In this document: piece by piece, positions 9,947-18,694 of the stretch
Numbering within the stretch: position 1 is the stretch's first letter
Layout: each line of letters begins with the position of its first letter
Assembly: GCA_037447435.1 (NCBI GenBank)
Contig: JBBIGR010000040.1
Location: 1 to 49,552, forward strand
Direction: 5' to 3'
Length of the DNA stretch: 49,552 bases
Origin: Fibrobacteria bacterium
GTDB taxonomy: Bacteria > Fibrobacterota > Chitinivibrionia > Chitinivibrionales > FEN-1185
Notes under the pieces: generated by a model
What the model was told of the DNA's origin: nothing
The model's database searches: none
Seen by the model: the letters and a program-made list of their open reading frames with translations, nothing else
Program-made: the position numbers and the translations under genes

Positions 9947-10639
9947 TTAATTAGTTCCTCTGAAATCCTCTTTCAGGATATAACCGACCCCGACAATCGT
10001 ATGAATCATTTTTGGAGAAAAATCCATATCGAGCTTTTTTCTCAAAAAACTTACATACACATCTATGACATTGCTTCCGGTGTCGAAACTTGTGTCCCAA
10101 ACATGCTCGGCAATTTCCGTCCTTGTCACCACTTTATTTCTATGCCGAAGCATATACTCAAGTAAAGCAAATTCGCGTGCAGTACAATCGACGGTCTTTC
10201 CCGACCTTTTTACCGTATGCGTGGCCAGATCCATTTCAAGATCAGCATATTGAAGCATGCCCGGAGTATCTTGACCGGCAGCCCGGCGACGAAGCAATGC
10301 GCGTATCCGTGCAAGTAATTCAAGAAATTCAAACGGCTTAACAAGGTAATCATCGGCACCGGCATCAAAGCCCCGTAATTTATCGTCGGTGGAATCCAGA
10401 GCAGTAAGCATCATTATCGGAACCGTGGGATTGGAAGCGCGAATGCATTTACATAATGAAAACCCGCTTTTTTTGGGTATCATGATATCGATAAGAATGA
10501 TATCGTAGTCATTATCCCCCGCAAGCAACTCTCCTTCATCCCCGTCAGATGCGATGTCGACAGAATATGCCTGTTCAACCAACCCTTTTTTGATAAACAT
10601 CGCAATTTTTTTATCGTCTTCCACAAGGAGAATCTTCAT
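9947..10639 (-). CDS. OmpR-family response regulator (CusR/CzcR-like)
   Basis: KILLVEDD, GADDYLVKPF, REFALLEY, NVIDVYVSFLRKK, IHTIVGVGY. Confidence 0.93.
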   Translation of the reverse strand: MKILLVEDDKKIAMFIKKGLVEQAYSVDIASDGDEGELLAGDNDYDIILIDIMIPKKSGFSLCKCIRASNPTVPIMMLTALDSTDDKLRGFDAGADDYLVKPFEFLELLARIRALLRRRAAGQDTPGMLQYADLEMDLATHTVKRSGKTVDCTAREFALLEYMLRHRNKVVTRTEIAEHVWDTSFDTGSNVIDVYVSFLRKKLDMDFSPKMIHTIVGVGYILKEDFRGTN

Positions 10640-10648
10640 TGCAAATGC

Positions 10649-11191
10649 CTATCGTTTCAATTGCTGCAATTGACGAACTCCGCCCATGGTAAAAGGAATT
10701 GGACCGCAACAAGCACGGTCGACGGTCAATAAATATTCTCCTGGCGTAGCAGACGACCCAAGCTTGCCGATAATCTCGGCATTGGTGACATCGATCAACC
10801 GGGTGTCGTTTCCAAACCAGTCTTTCGGTATTTGGCCCGAAGCAATGGTGACAAGCATCCCTTGCGACAGCCAATAATTCCAAACAACCGTGGAGCCGTG
10901 AAAGTTTTGCCAATAATTGTTCGTTTCGTCTTGCGTCAGCAGCCTGCTGAAACCGCTTTTGAAGCGAATCGTATCGCCGGTGGGTTTTCCTAATTTGTCT
11001 ACAAGGAAAACGATTTCCTTTTCTATCTGTAATGCGGTCGGCGGATTGACCAATGTCATTTTTACGATAGTTCCGTTCTCATCCAAATCCTTTTTCCATT
11101 CATTCTGGCCTTGTGCAAATGTACAAACCAGAATCCCTGCGCACAAAACGAATGCCGGAAAGCGCATCATGATTTTATTCGAACGTTTCAT
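10649..11191 (-). CDS. Secreted protein of unknown function, paralog of 12970..13521
   Basis: Signal peptide (..TFAQG); aligns by eye along most of its length with the 183-aa protein. Confidence 0.8.
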   Translation of the reverse strand: MKRSNKIMMRFPAFVLCAGILVCTFAQGQNEWKKDLDENGTIVKMTLVNPPTALQIEKEIVFLVDKLGKPTGDTIRFKSGFSRLLTQDETNNYWQNFHGSTVVWNYWLSQGMLVTIASGQIPKDWFGNDTRLIDVTNAEIIGKLGSSATPGEYLLTVDRACCGPIPFTMGGVRQLQQLKR

Positions 11192-11206
11192 GTCCGTACC
11201 CCCGTA

Positions 11207-12907
11207 TTAAGGTTTATGAGCAAGTTTTTGGAAGTCTTTATCGTCTTTCACAAAGTCAAGGTCCTGGTCTTGGTTCCAAACGGTACTGTTTTTAAAACCT
11301 TTCGAAACCGACTTTTCCAGCCAGAGTAAGGCGTCCGTTTTGTCCTTTTTAAGCGAAAAACATTCCGCAATGCGCCAGCAGGCTTTTGCGGCCAAGGCCG
11401 AAAAGTCAACGGCGCGGGAATAATCCGCAATGGCTTCGTCGAAGCGGGATTGAGCCTTGTATGCGTTGCCGCGATGAAAATACGCGAAATAATCGTCCGC
11501 TTTCAACCGCAAGGCGTCATCGAAGTCCTTCAGCGCCAATGCCGGTTGATTTGTCATATTATATACCAACCCTCTTCCAAAGTACGCATGCTCCATGGCG
11601 CCGTTGTATTCCTTCGGCGAAAGCGTTTCTATGGCTTTGGTATACCATACGGCGGCGCTGTCGTATTGCCGGATTTCTACCAATGCCCGCGCTTTATTGA
11701 GCATTGCCAAAGGATGATGCGGCATTAAACGCAACGTGCTGTCGAAATCGGCGACTGCAGCTTTATAATTGCCGATTTGTATATAAACGTTTCCGCGTCC
11801 GAAATAGGCATTTGCAAAATGCAAAGTCGGGTCAAACTCGTAGGAATTGCTATCGAGCCGTATTGCCGTCGTATAATCGGCGATCGCGTCGGACAATTTG
11901 CCGAGCGTTTTATAGGTCGCCGCGCGTTTGCTGTATGCCTCGGCATAGGCGGGCCTTATTTTGATGGCCCGTGAATAATCTTCCAGTGCCGCGGCATGAT
12001 CGCCGTGAATGTCGCGGATGACGCCGCGATTTGTCAATGCGCCGACTTTCGAACTGTCAAGAATTATTGCTTTTGTATACTCGGCGACGGCGCTGTCGTA
12101 CTGGGCTCGAATGTATTGGGACGGGTTGGCGATATTATGGACGATCGCGAAATTGGGGTTTGCAGCCAGTTCGGACAGATAATATCTGACCGAACCGAGT
12201 CCTTGGTGGACGGCCGCGTTGTTCGGATTTTCGGCATTTGCCGACGTGTAAAAAGTCACTGCGGAATCAAGGATTCCGGTATACAGAAACAAGTCGCCCA
12301 TCCCCTCAAGCGCCTCGATATTATGCGGGTTCTTTTTGATCAGGCGCCTGAATGCCGTAAAAGCCTGTTCGCGGTTTCCGTGGAATTTATTCGCAAGGCC
12401 GATTTTTAAAAGGCTTGCGTCGTCTTCGGTTAGACCTTCGGCCGCAGATACGGTCGTGCCGTTTATTTTGGATTCCAATGAATGCGGCTTATGGGAAACC
12501 TCAGGAACATTTTTGACCGCTGCATTGTCCGATTTTCTTATGCGAAAATCCTTGATCCTGTTGCCGGAAACAGGTTGGGAACGTACTTCTTCGCGCAATG
12601 GTTCCGCATTGGCTCTCTCTTCGACGTTCTTTTGCAAAACAGAGGCAAAAACAGGTTTGTGAAGCAATCTGGCGCTTCGCTCATTCAGAATTTTAACATA
12701 AAAATCCGGCGCTATTTTTATTGCCTGGGCAGTGCTTAGAAATATTCCTAAAGCAATTCCGATAATTAAGCTTGTTATTTCAATAGCGCGAAAAATCCAC
12801 GTCGTTTCGACGGCAAAAATATCGTCCCGGCGCTTTAAAACCTCGGCGAATTCTTCATCGCAAAGCGTTTTTCGATTCTCATTATTTTCATCCGGTTCGT
12901 AATCCAT
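11207..12907 (-). CDS. Membrane-anchored tetratricopeptide-repeat protein
   Basis: One N-terminal TM helix (LIIGIALGIFL), a linker, many TPRs (AYFGRGNVY, A..DY..AI) and a capping motif (AL.WLEKSV.KGF...D.DL). Confidence 0.88.
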   Translation of the reverse strand: MDYEPDENNENRKTLCDEEFAEVLKRRDDIFAVETTWIFRAIEITSLIIGIALGIFLSTAQAIKIAPDFYVKILNERSARLLHKPVFASVLQKNVEERANAEPLREEVRSQPVSGNRIKDFRIRKSDNAAVKNVPEVSHKPHSLESKINGTTVSAAEGLTEDDASLLKIGLANKFHGNREQAFTAFRRLIKKNPHNIEALEGMGDLFLYTGILDSAVTFYTSANAENPNNAAVHQGLGSVRYYLSELAANPNFAIVHNIANPSQYIRAQYDSAVAEYTKAIILDSSKVGALTNRGVIRDIHGDHAAALEDYSRAIKIRPAYAEAYSKRAATYKTLGKLSDAIADYTTAIRLDSNSYEFDPTLHFANAYFGRGNVYIQIGNYKAAVADFDSTLRLMPHHPLAMLNKARALVEIRQYDSAAVWYTKAIETLSPKEYNGAMEHAYFGRGLVYNMTNQPALALKDFDDALRLKADDYFAYFHRGNAYKAQSRFDEAIADYSRAVDFSALAAKACWRIAECFSLKKDKTDALLWLEKSVSKGFKNSTVWNQDQDLDFVKDDKDFQKLAHKP

Positions 12908-12969
12908 AATTCTTTTCTTTTTCAGTTCATTTCCGGATTATCCCAATGCAGCCGGCAAAATTATTTTTT

Positions 12970-13521
12970 TTATTTCATCTGTTCGACGGACACAACGGTG
13001 TTTTCGTAAAACGGGATCGGGCCGCCGCTTGCTCCTTCCACGGTAAGCGATACACCGTCGGGTTTATCGGCAAGTTTATCAAGACGTCCGATGAAGCGCC
13101 AGCCCGACCGAATCGTCAACCGTGATTTTTTCCCGAACGCCGTCGACGGGATTTTCCCGTTATCAAGGGAATATGTTACGACCCTGCCTTGTTCTTTATA
13201 ATAATCCCAAACAGTATTCGGACCGCCGCATTCCTGAAAATAAAGATTAACTTCACCCGGATTCATCTCCCGCCGCACGCCATTATTAAAGAAAACAGTG
13301 CCGTTTGTCGGTACGCCGTCGCCGTTCAAGACAAACAGGAATTCGCTTTCGATATTCAAATAGGTACTTGGCCGGGAATAACGCATCGAATTGATGGTCC
13401 CTTTGCCGTCCGTCGTAAGCTTGGCCCCCTGATATTGCTCTTCTCCTGCCGAAAGAATGGTTGCATATCCCGATAAAAGAACTAAACATCCCGCCAAAAT
13501 TGCGAATATAGATTGTTTCAT
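12970..13521 (-). CDS. Secreted protein of unknown function, paralog of 10649..11191
   Basis: Signal peptide; AAGGAAGG ribosome-binding site; shared motifs VW.Y...QG..VT, G.IP...FG and GPIPF. Confidence 0.8.
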   Translation of the reverse strand: MKQSIFAILAGCLVLLSGYATILSAGEEQYQGAKLTTDGKGTINSMRYSRPSTYLNIESEFLFVLNGDGVPTNGTVFFNNGVRREMNPGEVNLYFQECGGPNTVWDYYKEQGRVVTYSLDNGKIPSTAFGKKSRLTIRSGWRFIGRLDKLADKPDGVSLTVEGASGGPIPFYENTVVSVEQMK

Positions 13522-13625
13522 GCGGACCTTCCTTTAAAATATTTTCGAAAGTAATTTTTTACTTCAGCCTTCTTAATTCCAATAAATAAGACTATTATTC
13601 CAAGGAAAGGTTACCTGATATTTTA

Positions 13626-13641
13626 TTCAAATTTCATGCCA
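13626..13641 (-). promoter_or_regulatory. Possible sigma54 (-24/-12) promoter for the 13521-8415 operon
   Basis: Minus strand reads TGGCAT-GAAAT-TTGAA; spacing is correct but -12 is GA instead of GC. Confidence 0.45.
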
Positions 13642-13746
13642 ATATTTCAAATACCGTATTATCCAAATAAAAAAAAATGATATCCCTGAAAAATTGCTAT
13701 TTTAGGCCGTATCATCAGGCTTAGGCGCTAAGGATGCGATGGAAGG

Positions 13747-14739
13747 TCAATTCTTAGAAACGATATATACTCCGGAACTTTGTTTTTTGATAACGCCGTT
13801 TGAATTATTCAAACCCCGAATCGATTTTCCCCTAACATCATAAACATATTTGCATTTTTCAAAAGTATTTGAGCCGACATTAGAGAACACCTTGGTGCAC
13901 GATTCATTATTTTTTAAGGCGTTTTGTCCGGATAGTAACGCCGCTGCATTATTTGCGATTGCAGGGGAATCGATTGAAACTTGGTAAAACTTTACTTTTC
14001 CATATTCAGGAGTGCCCGAACTGCTGTACTGCATATAATTGCCGGCTTTAAAGTAATAAAGGTCGGTTGTGCCGTAATATTGGGTCGTATAGGTCTGGGA
14101 GACGGTTTTACCGGGCGCAGGAGTATTTATTTTTGCAGTAATCAATCCGTTTTTCATGGTTACCACATAGGATATCATTGTTCCAAGAGAAAGACCGGAC
14201 GCAACAGTGATTAGCTGCTGATTCCCTGCGCTCGAATTGTCCTGAAAACGGACCTCGATAGAGCAAGTCCCAGCCTGATATCCGTTCCATCGGAATTGAA
14301 ACATCGTCGAATTGCTATTGGACCCATGGACTTGTCCGATAACCGTTATCGGCCGGCTGCTCGGGACTTCAAGGACTTTGCACGATGCCGACATCTGATG
14401 AAGATTCGGGTCTGTTAACTTCCAAACGCCGTCCGTTTTAGACTGCCGCAATTCGCATCGCGGATAATCCGATCCGCCGGTAGTACTGCCGGTACTTGGC
14501 ACGTAAAAAACCATTGCTCCGTCCAAAGAATCCGTATAAAAAAAAGGGTTTGTGAATCCGTGATTCAATGAGTCGGGTGGAATTTCAACAAATGATAATC
14601 CTGTCGTAAATGTCTGGAGCGTCCACGGTGAAAGATCAAAATTCCTACCCGGCGGTAGTTTGGGATCCGGGAGTTGAGCAAATAAGGACGTTATAAAGGA
14701 TGTCAATGTTACAATAAATAAAATTGGTTTGCAGGGCAT
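13747..14739 (-). CDS. Polysaccharide lyase family 7 (alginate lyase-like), secreted
   Basis: PL7 motifs YPRCELRQ, GQVHG and YYFKAGNYMQ; signal peptide; C-terminal YDVRGK...SSGVYIV sorting-type tail. Confidence 0.88.
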   Translation of the reverse strand: MPCKPILFIVTLTSFITSLFAQLPDPKLPPGRNFDLSPWTLQTFTTGLSFVEIPPDSLNHGFTNPFFYTDSLDGAMVFYVPSTGSTTGGSDYPRCELRQSKTDGVWKLTDPNLHQMSASCKVLEVPSSRPITVIGQVHGSNSNSTMFQFRWNGYQAGTCSIEVRFQDNSSAGNQQLITVASGLSLGTMISYVVTMKNGLITAKINTPAPGKTVSQTYTTQYYGTTDLYYFKAGNYMQYSSSGTPEYGKVKFYQVSIDSPAIANNAAALLSGQNALKNNESCTKVFSNVGSNTFEKCKYVYDVRGKSIRGLNNSNGVIKKQSSGVYIVSKN

Positions 14740-14773
14740 ATTTGCTCCTTTTTTCGTCTAAACGATGGTTACA

Positions 14774-16003
14774 TCATCTGAAAAGCCTGATTATTTTGGC
14801 AAAAGAATTCGTTCCAACCCGTATGTTCATTAAAAGCGGTCCCGCGGCAACGCCATGGGTATCCCAAACAATAGTATGATCTCCTCGTTCGAACCGAGAA
14901 TTTGCAACAGCGGATATTTCATGACCGGAAAGGTCATAGCAGGTAATGGTCACTTTTTCCGCATATGAAAGGGAAAAGGTTATATCCGCAATTCGATTCG
15001 ATTTTTCCAAAAAGCGGATTGGAACATTACCCTGTTTGTCATTTCTATATTGTAAAACGGGATTTGAAGCCGAAGTCAATTCGGAAAGCGATCGGCGCAA
15101 TACCCCGCTTGCTTCGGTCCCGGCAAAAAGAATGCTGTCGTTTGCAGCAAGACAATATATTGCACTATCCGAAAGTCCCGAGTCGATAACGGTCCAGCTT
15201 TTCCCGTTATTGTTCGACATGCAAACACCGCCGATTATGGTTCCTGCAAAAACAGCGGAACCGCTTGCTGCCAAAGACGAAATAGTGACATCCGAAAGTC
15301 CCGAATCCGCCGGCGTCCAGCTTTTCCCATTATCGTTGGAGACAAAAACACCGTTTTCATCCGTTCCGGCAAAAAGATAATCCCCACAAACCGTTATCGA
15401 CCAAACGACACTGTCCGATAGTCCCGAATCGATCGGTACCCAGGTCTTGCCGTTATTGTTCGTTCTAAAAATGCCTCCTCCGTAGGTGCCCGCAAATACG
15501 GTGCCGCCGTTTGCAAAAAGGCAATTAACGGAACTGTCGGGCAAACCGGAATCAACCGGTACCCAGCTTTGGCCATTATTGTCGGAACTGTACACACCGC
15601 TGCCGAACGTACCGGCAAAGAGCGTCGTTCCATTTACAGTAAGAGAATAAATCGTACTGTCCAAAAGCCCCGAATCTGCCGCTTGCCAGGATTTGCCATT
15701 ATCCGAGGAGCGGAAAACACCGTAGCTATCGGTTCCCGCAAAAATAGTTCCGCCATTTTTTGTCAACGCCCAAACAGTATTAATCGGAAGTCCGGAATCG
15801 GCTTCAATCCAACTTTTACCATTATTGTTCGAAAGAAAAACGCCGCTGTCGGTACCGGCAAAAATAGTACCGTTGTTAATCAGTAACGATTGAACCGATC
15901 CTCCTAGAGGCCCATTGGGTGGTGTCCACTGCGCTGTTGCCATACGTGATAGTAAAAAGAGCAATCCAATGCAAAAACCTACCGGCACTGATTTTTTTTT
16001 CAT
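14774..16003 (-). CDS. Secreted Asp-box/BNR-repeat beta-propeller with T9SS-like C-terminal domain
   Basis: Seven ~40-aa repeats (FAGT..G.F.S.NNGKSW...DSGL; the last is partial); tail YDLSGHEI...HTIVWD. Confidence 0.85.
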   Translation of the reverse strand: MKKKSVPVGFCIGLLFLLSRMATAQWTPPNGPLGGSVQSLLINNGTIFAGTDSGVFLSNNNGKSWIEADSGLPINTVWALTKNGGTIFAGTDSYGVFRSSDNGKSWQAADSGLLDSTIYSLTVNGTTLFAGTFGSGVYSSDNNGQSWVPVDSGLPDSSVNCLFANGGTVFAGTYGGGIFRTNNNGKTWVPIDSGLSDSVVWSITVCGDYLFAGTDENGVFVSNDNGKSWTPADSGLSDVTISSLAASGSAVFAGTIIGGVCMSNNNGKSWTVIDSGLSDSAIYCLAANDSILFAGTEASGVLRRSLSELTSASNPVLQYRNDKQGNVPIRFLEKSNRIADITFSLSYAEKVTITCYDLSGHEISAVANSRFERGDHTIVWDTHGVAAGPLLMNIRVGTNSFAKIIRLFR

Positions 16004-16106
16004 TTTTTTGTTCCTTTAATTAAAATTCGGAAACATACCTTGAACTTATTAGACACAGATTTCATCCAAAGGTTATTATTAAAAAAAATGCAGGAAGAAA
16101 AAAAGT

Positions 16107-16133
16107 TAAAGTTCTTGCCGAATTTGCCGATAT
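16107..16133 (+). promoter_or_regulatory. Sigma28 (FliA-type) promoter
   Basis: TAAA(GTT)-N15-GCCGATAT, matching the consensus TAAA-N15-GCCGATAA. Confidence 0.8.
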
Positions 16134-16220
16134 ATAAATAATGCGAATCCTATTGTCCGCTTTCATTGAGGGATATAGTGAGCAGTAGGCAGGGAAGAAA
16201 ACCGTGTTCAAGGAGGAACT

Positions 16221-16457
16221 ATGAACATCCAGGCAATTTCCGGAGCGGCAAATTTCAGTGTAGGCTCTGTTTCTTCCGTAAAAACTGCTCAAAGCAATGC
16301 AGCTCAGGAAGCGAGCGAAACTGAGGCTGTAACTAAAAAAGAAGCGGCAAAAGGCGATCAACAGGCCATTCGAAAACTTGCCGCGCAGCAGCAACAAGCT
16401 GCTCCCTCTCCCGCTTCGCCGGAGGGAATAGGCAAAGTGATAAATTTATCGGCATGA
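16221..16457 (+). CDS. Small Ala/Gln-rich protein, probably in the flagellar regulon
   Basis: Strong AGGAGG ribosome-binding site, sigma28 promoter, FlgM-like low-complexity N-terminus, YjfB-like C-terminus GIGKVINLSA. Confidence 0.75.
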   Translation: MNIQAISGAANFSVGSVSSVKTAQSNAAQEASETEAVTKKEAAKGDQQAIRKLAAQQQQAAPSPASPEGIGKVINLSA

Positions 16458-16477
16458 GTTCGGTGTTTATAAGTTAA

Positions 16478-16519
16478 AAAGGTAATAAGCACTCCAAATA
16501 ATGAGTATTTGTTACCTTT
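16478..16519. terminator. Imperfect hairpin, likely terminator between convergent genes
   Basis: AAAGGTAATAAGCACTC...GAGTATTTGTTACCTTT, flanked by A- and T-rich runs. Confidence 0.5.
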
Positions 16520-16575
16520 ATTTTCATGCATTACCGAATCGGTATCCGCACTTTTTCGTTTTCTTTCCCGTTACC

Positions 16576-17745
16576 CTACTGTAAACTGATTTTCGATGAA
16601 ACCGAATATTTTTTCCCCCTGACCGTCACGGCATACGCTCCTGCGCTCAATTTCAACGGAATTTCAAATAAGGATGTTCCCCTATATTTTTGTTCCGCCC
16701 AGCTTCGGGAAACAACGCACCCCTTGCAATCCACGATGGCGATTTCCAAACGTTCCGCAAGCGGCCATCGCAGGTCCAATTTGATTCCCGAATGGGTCGC
16801 GGCAAGCGAAAGACCGGTCGCCGGGGACGCTTGCGTTTTGAGCAAGGGTGATGTTACCGGTACGTCATGGATACTGCTTGTCCAAATAAGGCCGGTGGAA
16901 GTCCCGAGAAAAAGCTGATCATTGCAAATGGTCATTGCGCTAACGGTATCCCCCGACGGTAGATTGACACGATGAAATTTGCTCGCATTGTTGTCGAACC
17001 AGTACATGCCGTCACGATCCGTCGCGACAAAGCATTTCTGCGAATCGGAAACAATTGCGGTCGGCAGCGAATCGCTGGGGAAAGAATCCATAGGCGTCGC
17101 GGTCCACGTACCGTTTTTTTCCGTTGCGTTCCAAATCCCGCTGTCGCCGGCAGCGACAACCATGGAATCATTACCTTCAAGCGCGGAGAACGGCGCGTCG
17201 ACGACAAGGTCTTCCCAAACGCTGTCTCCCGGCGTCGTGTAATAAAACCCGTCCTGGGTCCCGATAAAGAAGAACGTATCGACAACGAATACCTTGTTGA
17301 CATTTGTTGAATCGAGAAGGGTATCGCACGAATTGCTCGTCGGGTCGACCAAGTAAACGCCGTTATTCGTTCCTACCCAAATGAAACTTTCCCACGCAGC
17401 CACGGCCTGAGGAATTTCATTTTTATTAAACGTAAACGTTTTTTCCATGGTCGCCGCATTGCCGTAGGAAACGTAAATCGCGCTGTCGCAGCATGCGGCG
17501 ATCAAGGAGTCTCCGACCGTAACCGAACGGCAATTTCCCGCAACGATTTTCTTCCAATTAGGAACGCCGGCTTTGCTCCGGTAAAATCCCTTGTCCGTTC
17601 CGACGAATAAAAATGAATCGTCGCATGAAATGGATTGCAATTTCTCGCCGGGAAAAGACCCGAATTGCGAATATGTTTGCGCAAAAGAAAAGGCATGTAC
17701 AAACACGACAAGCAAGGCGCTCATGAAGACTCGACGATCGACCAT
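16576..17745 (-). CDS. Secreted beta-propeller protein with T9SS-like C-terminal domain
   Basis: Signal peptide; repeats of (LF/IW)VGT..G.Y; tail IVDCKGCVV...LSAGAYAV. Confidence 0.78.
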   Translation of the reverse strand: MVDRRVFMSALLVVFVHAFSFAQTYSQFGSFPGEKLQSISCDDSFLFVGTDKGFYRSKAGVPNWKKIVAGNCRSVTVGDSLIAACCDSAIYVSYGNAATMEKTFTFNKNEIPQAVAAWESFIWVGTNNGVYLVDPTSNSCDTLLDSTNVNKVFVVDTFFFIGTQDGFYYTTPGDSVWEDLVVDAPFSALEGNDSMVVAAGDSGIWNATEKNGTWTATPMDSFPSDSLPTAIVSDSQKCFVATDRDGMYWFDNNASKFHRVNLPSGDTVSAMTICNDQLFLGTSTGLIWTSSIHDVPVTSPLLKTQASPATGLSLAATHSGIKLDLRWPLAERLEIAIVDCKGCVVSRSWAEQKYRGTSLFEIPLKLSAGAYAVTVRGKKYSVSSKISLQ

Positions 17746-17765
17746 GTTGAAACACCCCTTCTTTG

Positions 17766-18413
17766 CTACCGGAGACCGGTAATCGCTCGTGCGAAATATT
17801 GATGTTGATTGTTTTGAAACGAATACGTCGGATTGGCAGACGAAAGCTGCTTATACGTCAAAAGCATTTGTCCGTCAAGATCGGTATTGATGGTCATGCC
17901 GTCCTTGTTAAAACCAACTGCCAAGGCAAAATGGTCGTAAGCCCACGAAGGATTTTCATCGGGATACAATTTCATACCGCATATGACCGGATGTTTTTCC
18001 CTGATTTGTTCCCGTACCCAACATGCAAACGAATCGATATTCGATACCCCTTCGTCCCATGAAAGATAGGATACTTTGAGTGAGTCGAGTGCGGTTTTAA
18101 TATCCTCCGAATGAAGATCGTGGGACGCCGGCTTGCCTGCCTTATTAATTGCTTCCTGGGTTACTTCCTTTCCGAAATATCCCATAGCCATTTGAATGCA
18201 GGCTTCCGCGCACCAACCCACACTGGTATCCGGCCGAGTCTCATCCCAACCGCGATCGGCAATTTGAAGTAACGCGCTGTCTTTGGGAACAGAAGTAATT
18301 ACTGCATGTTCATTTCCTTTTTTCCTGCAATCAAATTGAAACGCCAATAAAAGCATATTCATTATAATCAAACAAAGGAATATGATCTTTTTCCGGTTTT
18401 GTTTTTTTGTCAT
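17766..18413 (-). CDS. C39-like (papain-fold) cysteine peptidase, exported or possibly lipoprotein
   Basis: GWCAEACIQM (catalytic Cys), TQEAIN, HPVI and DHFALAVGF (His). ATG 18413 has a GAGGAG site and is followed by a basic then hydrophobic leader with Cys. Confidence 0.72.
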   Translation of the reverse strand: MTKKQNRKKIIFLCLIIMNMLLLAFQFDCRKKGNEHAVITSVPKDSALLQIADRGWDETRPDTSVGWCAEACIQMAMGYFGKEVTQEAINKAGKPASHDLHSEDIKTALDSLKVSYLSWDEGVSNIDSFACWVREQIREKHPVICGMKLYPDENPSWAYDHFALAVGFNKDGMTINTDLDGQMLLTYKQLSSANPTYSFQNNQHQYFARAITGLR

Positions 18414-18694
18414 TTTCAGCTCCTCGTCGTGGAAAATACTATCGGCAACGATGATAGTTCGCTGGTAAAATAAAGGCAATTGATTTTATCAAAAGCTATT
18501 CTTGGGAAATTGGTCTACAGAAAAAGTAAGATTTGCGAAAAAACAAGTAACTTTAATCCGATGCCTCGGTCTAAAGTATTATATTTCAGTTGCTTTCAAA
18601 ATGTTACTAAAGATTTCGAATCTTAAAATCGCTTTTGAAACCGGGTACAATAAAAATACACGCTTAATTTTCCCTTATTTCAGGAGTTAACAAT

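Noticed and set aside
15100..15900. ~120-bp periodic DNA repeats considered as a CRISPR array or minisatellite
   Set aside because: Degenerate in-frame repeats encoding propeller blades; no identical repeats with unique spacers and no cas genes
16062..16397. 111-aa minus-strand ORF
   Set aside because: Overlaps the sigma28 promoter and the 78-aa gene, which has a strong ribosome-binding site
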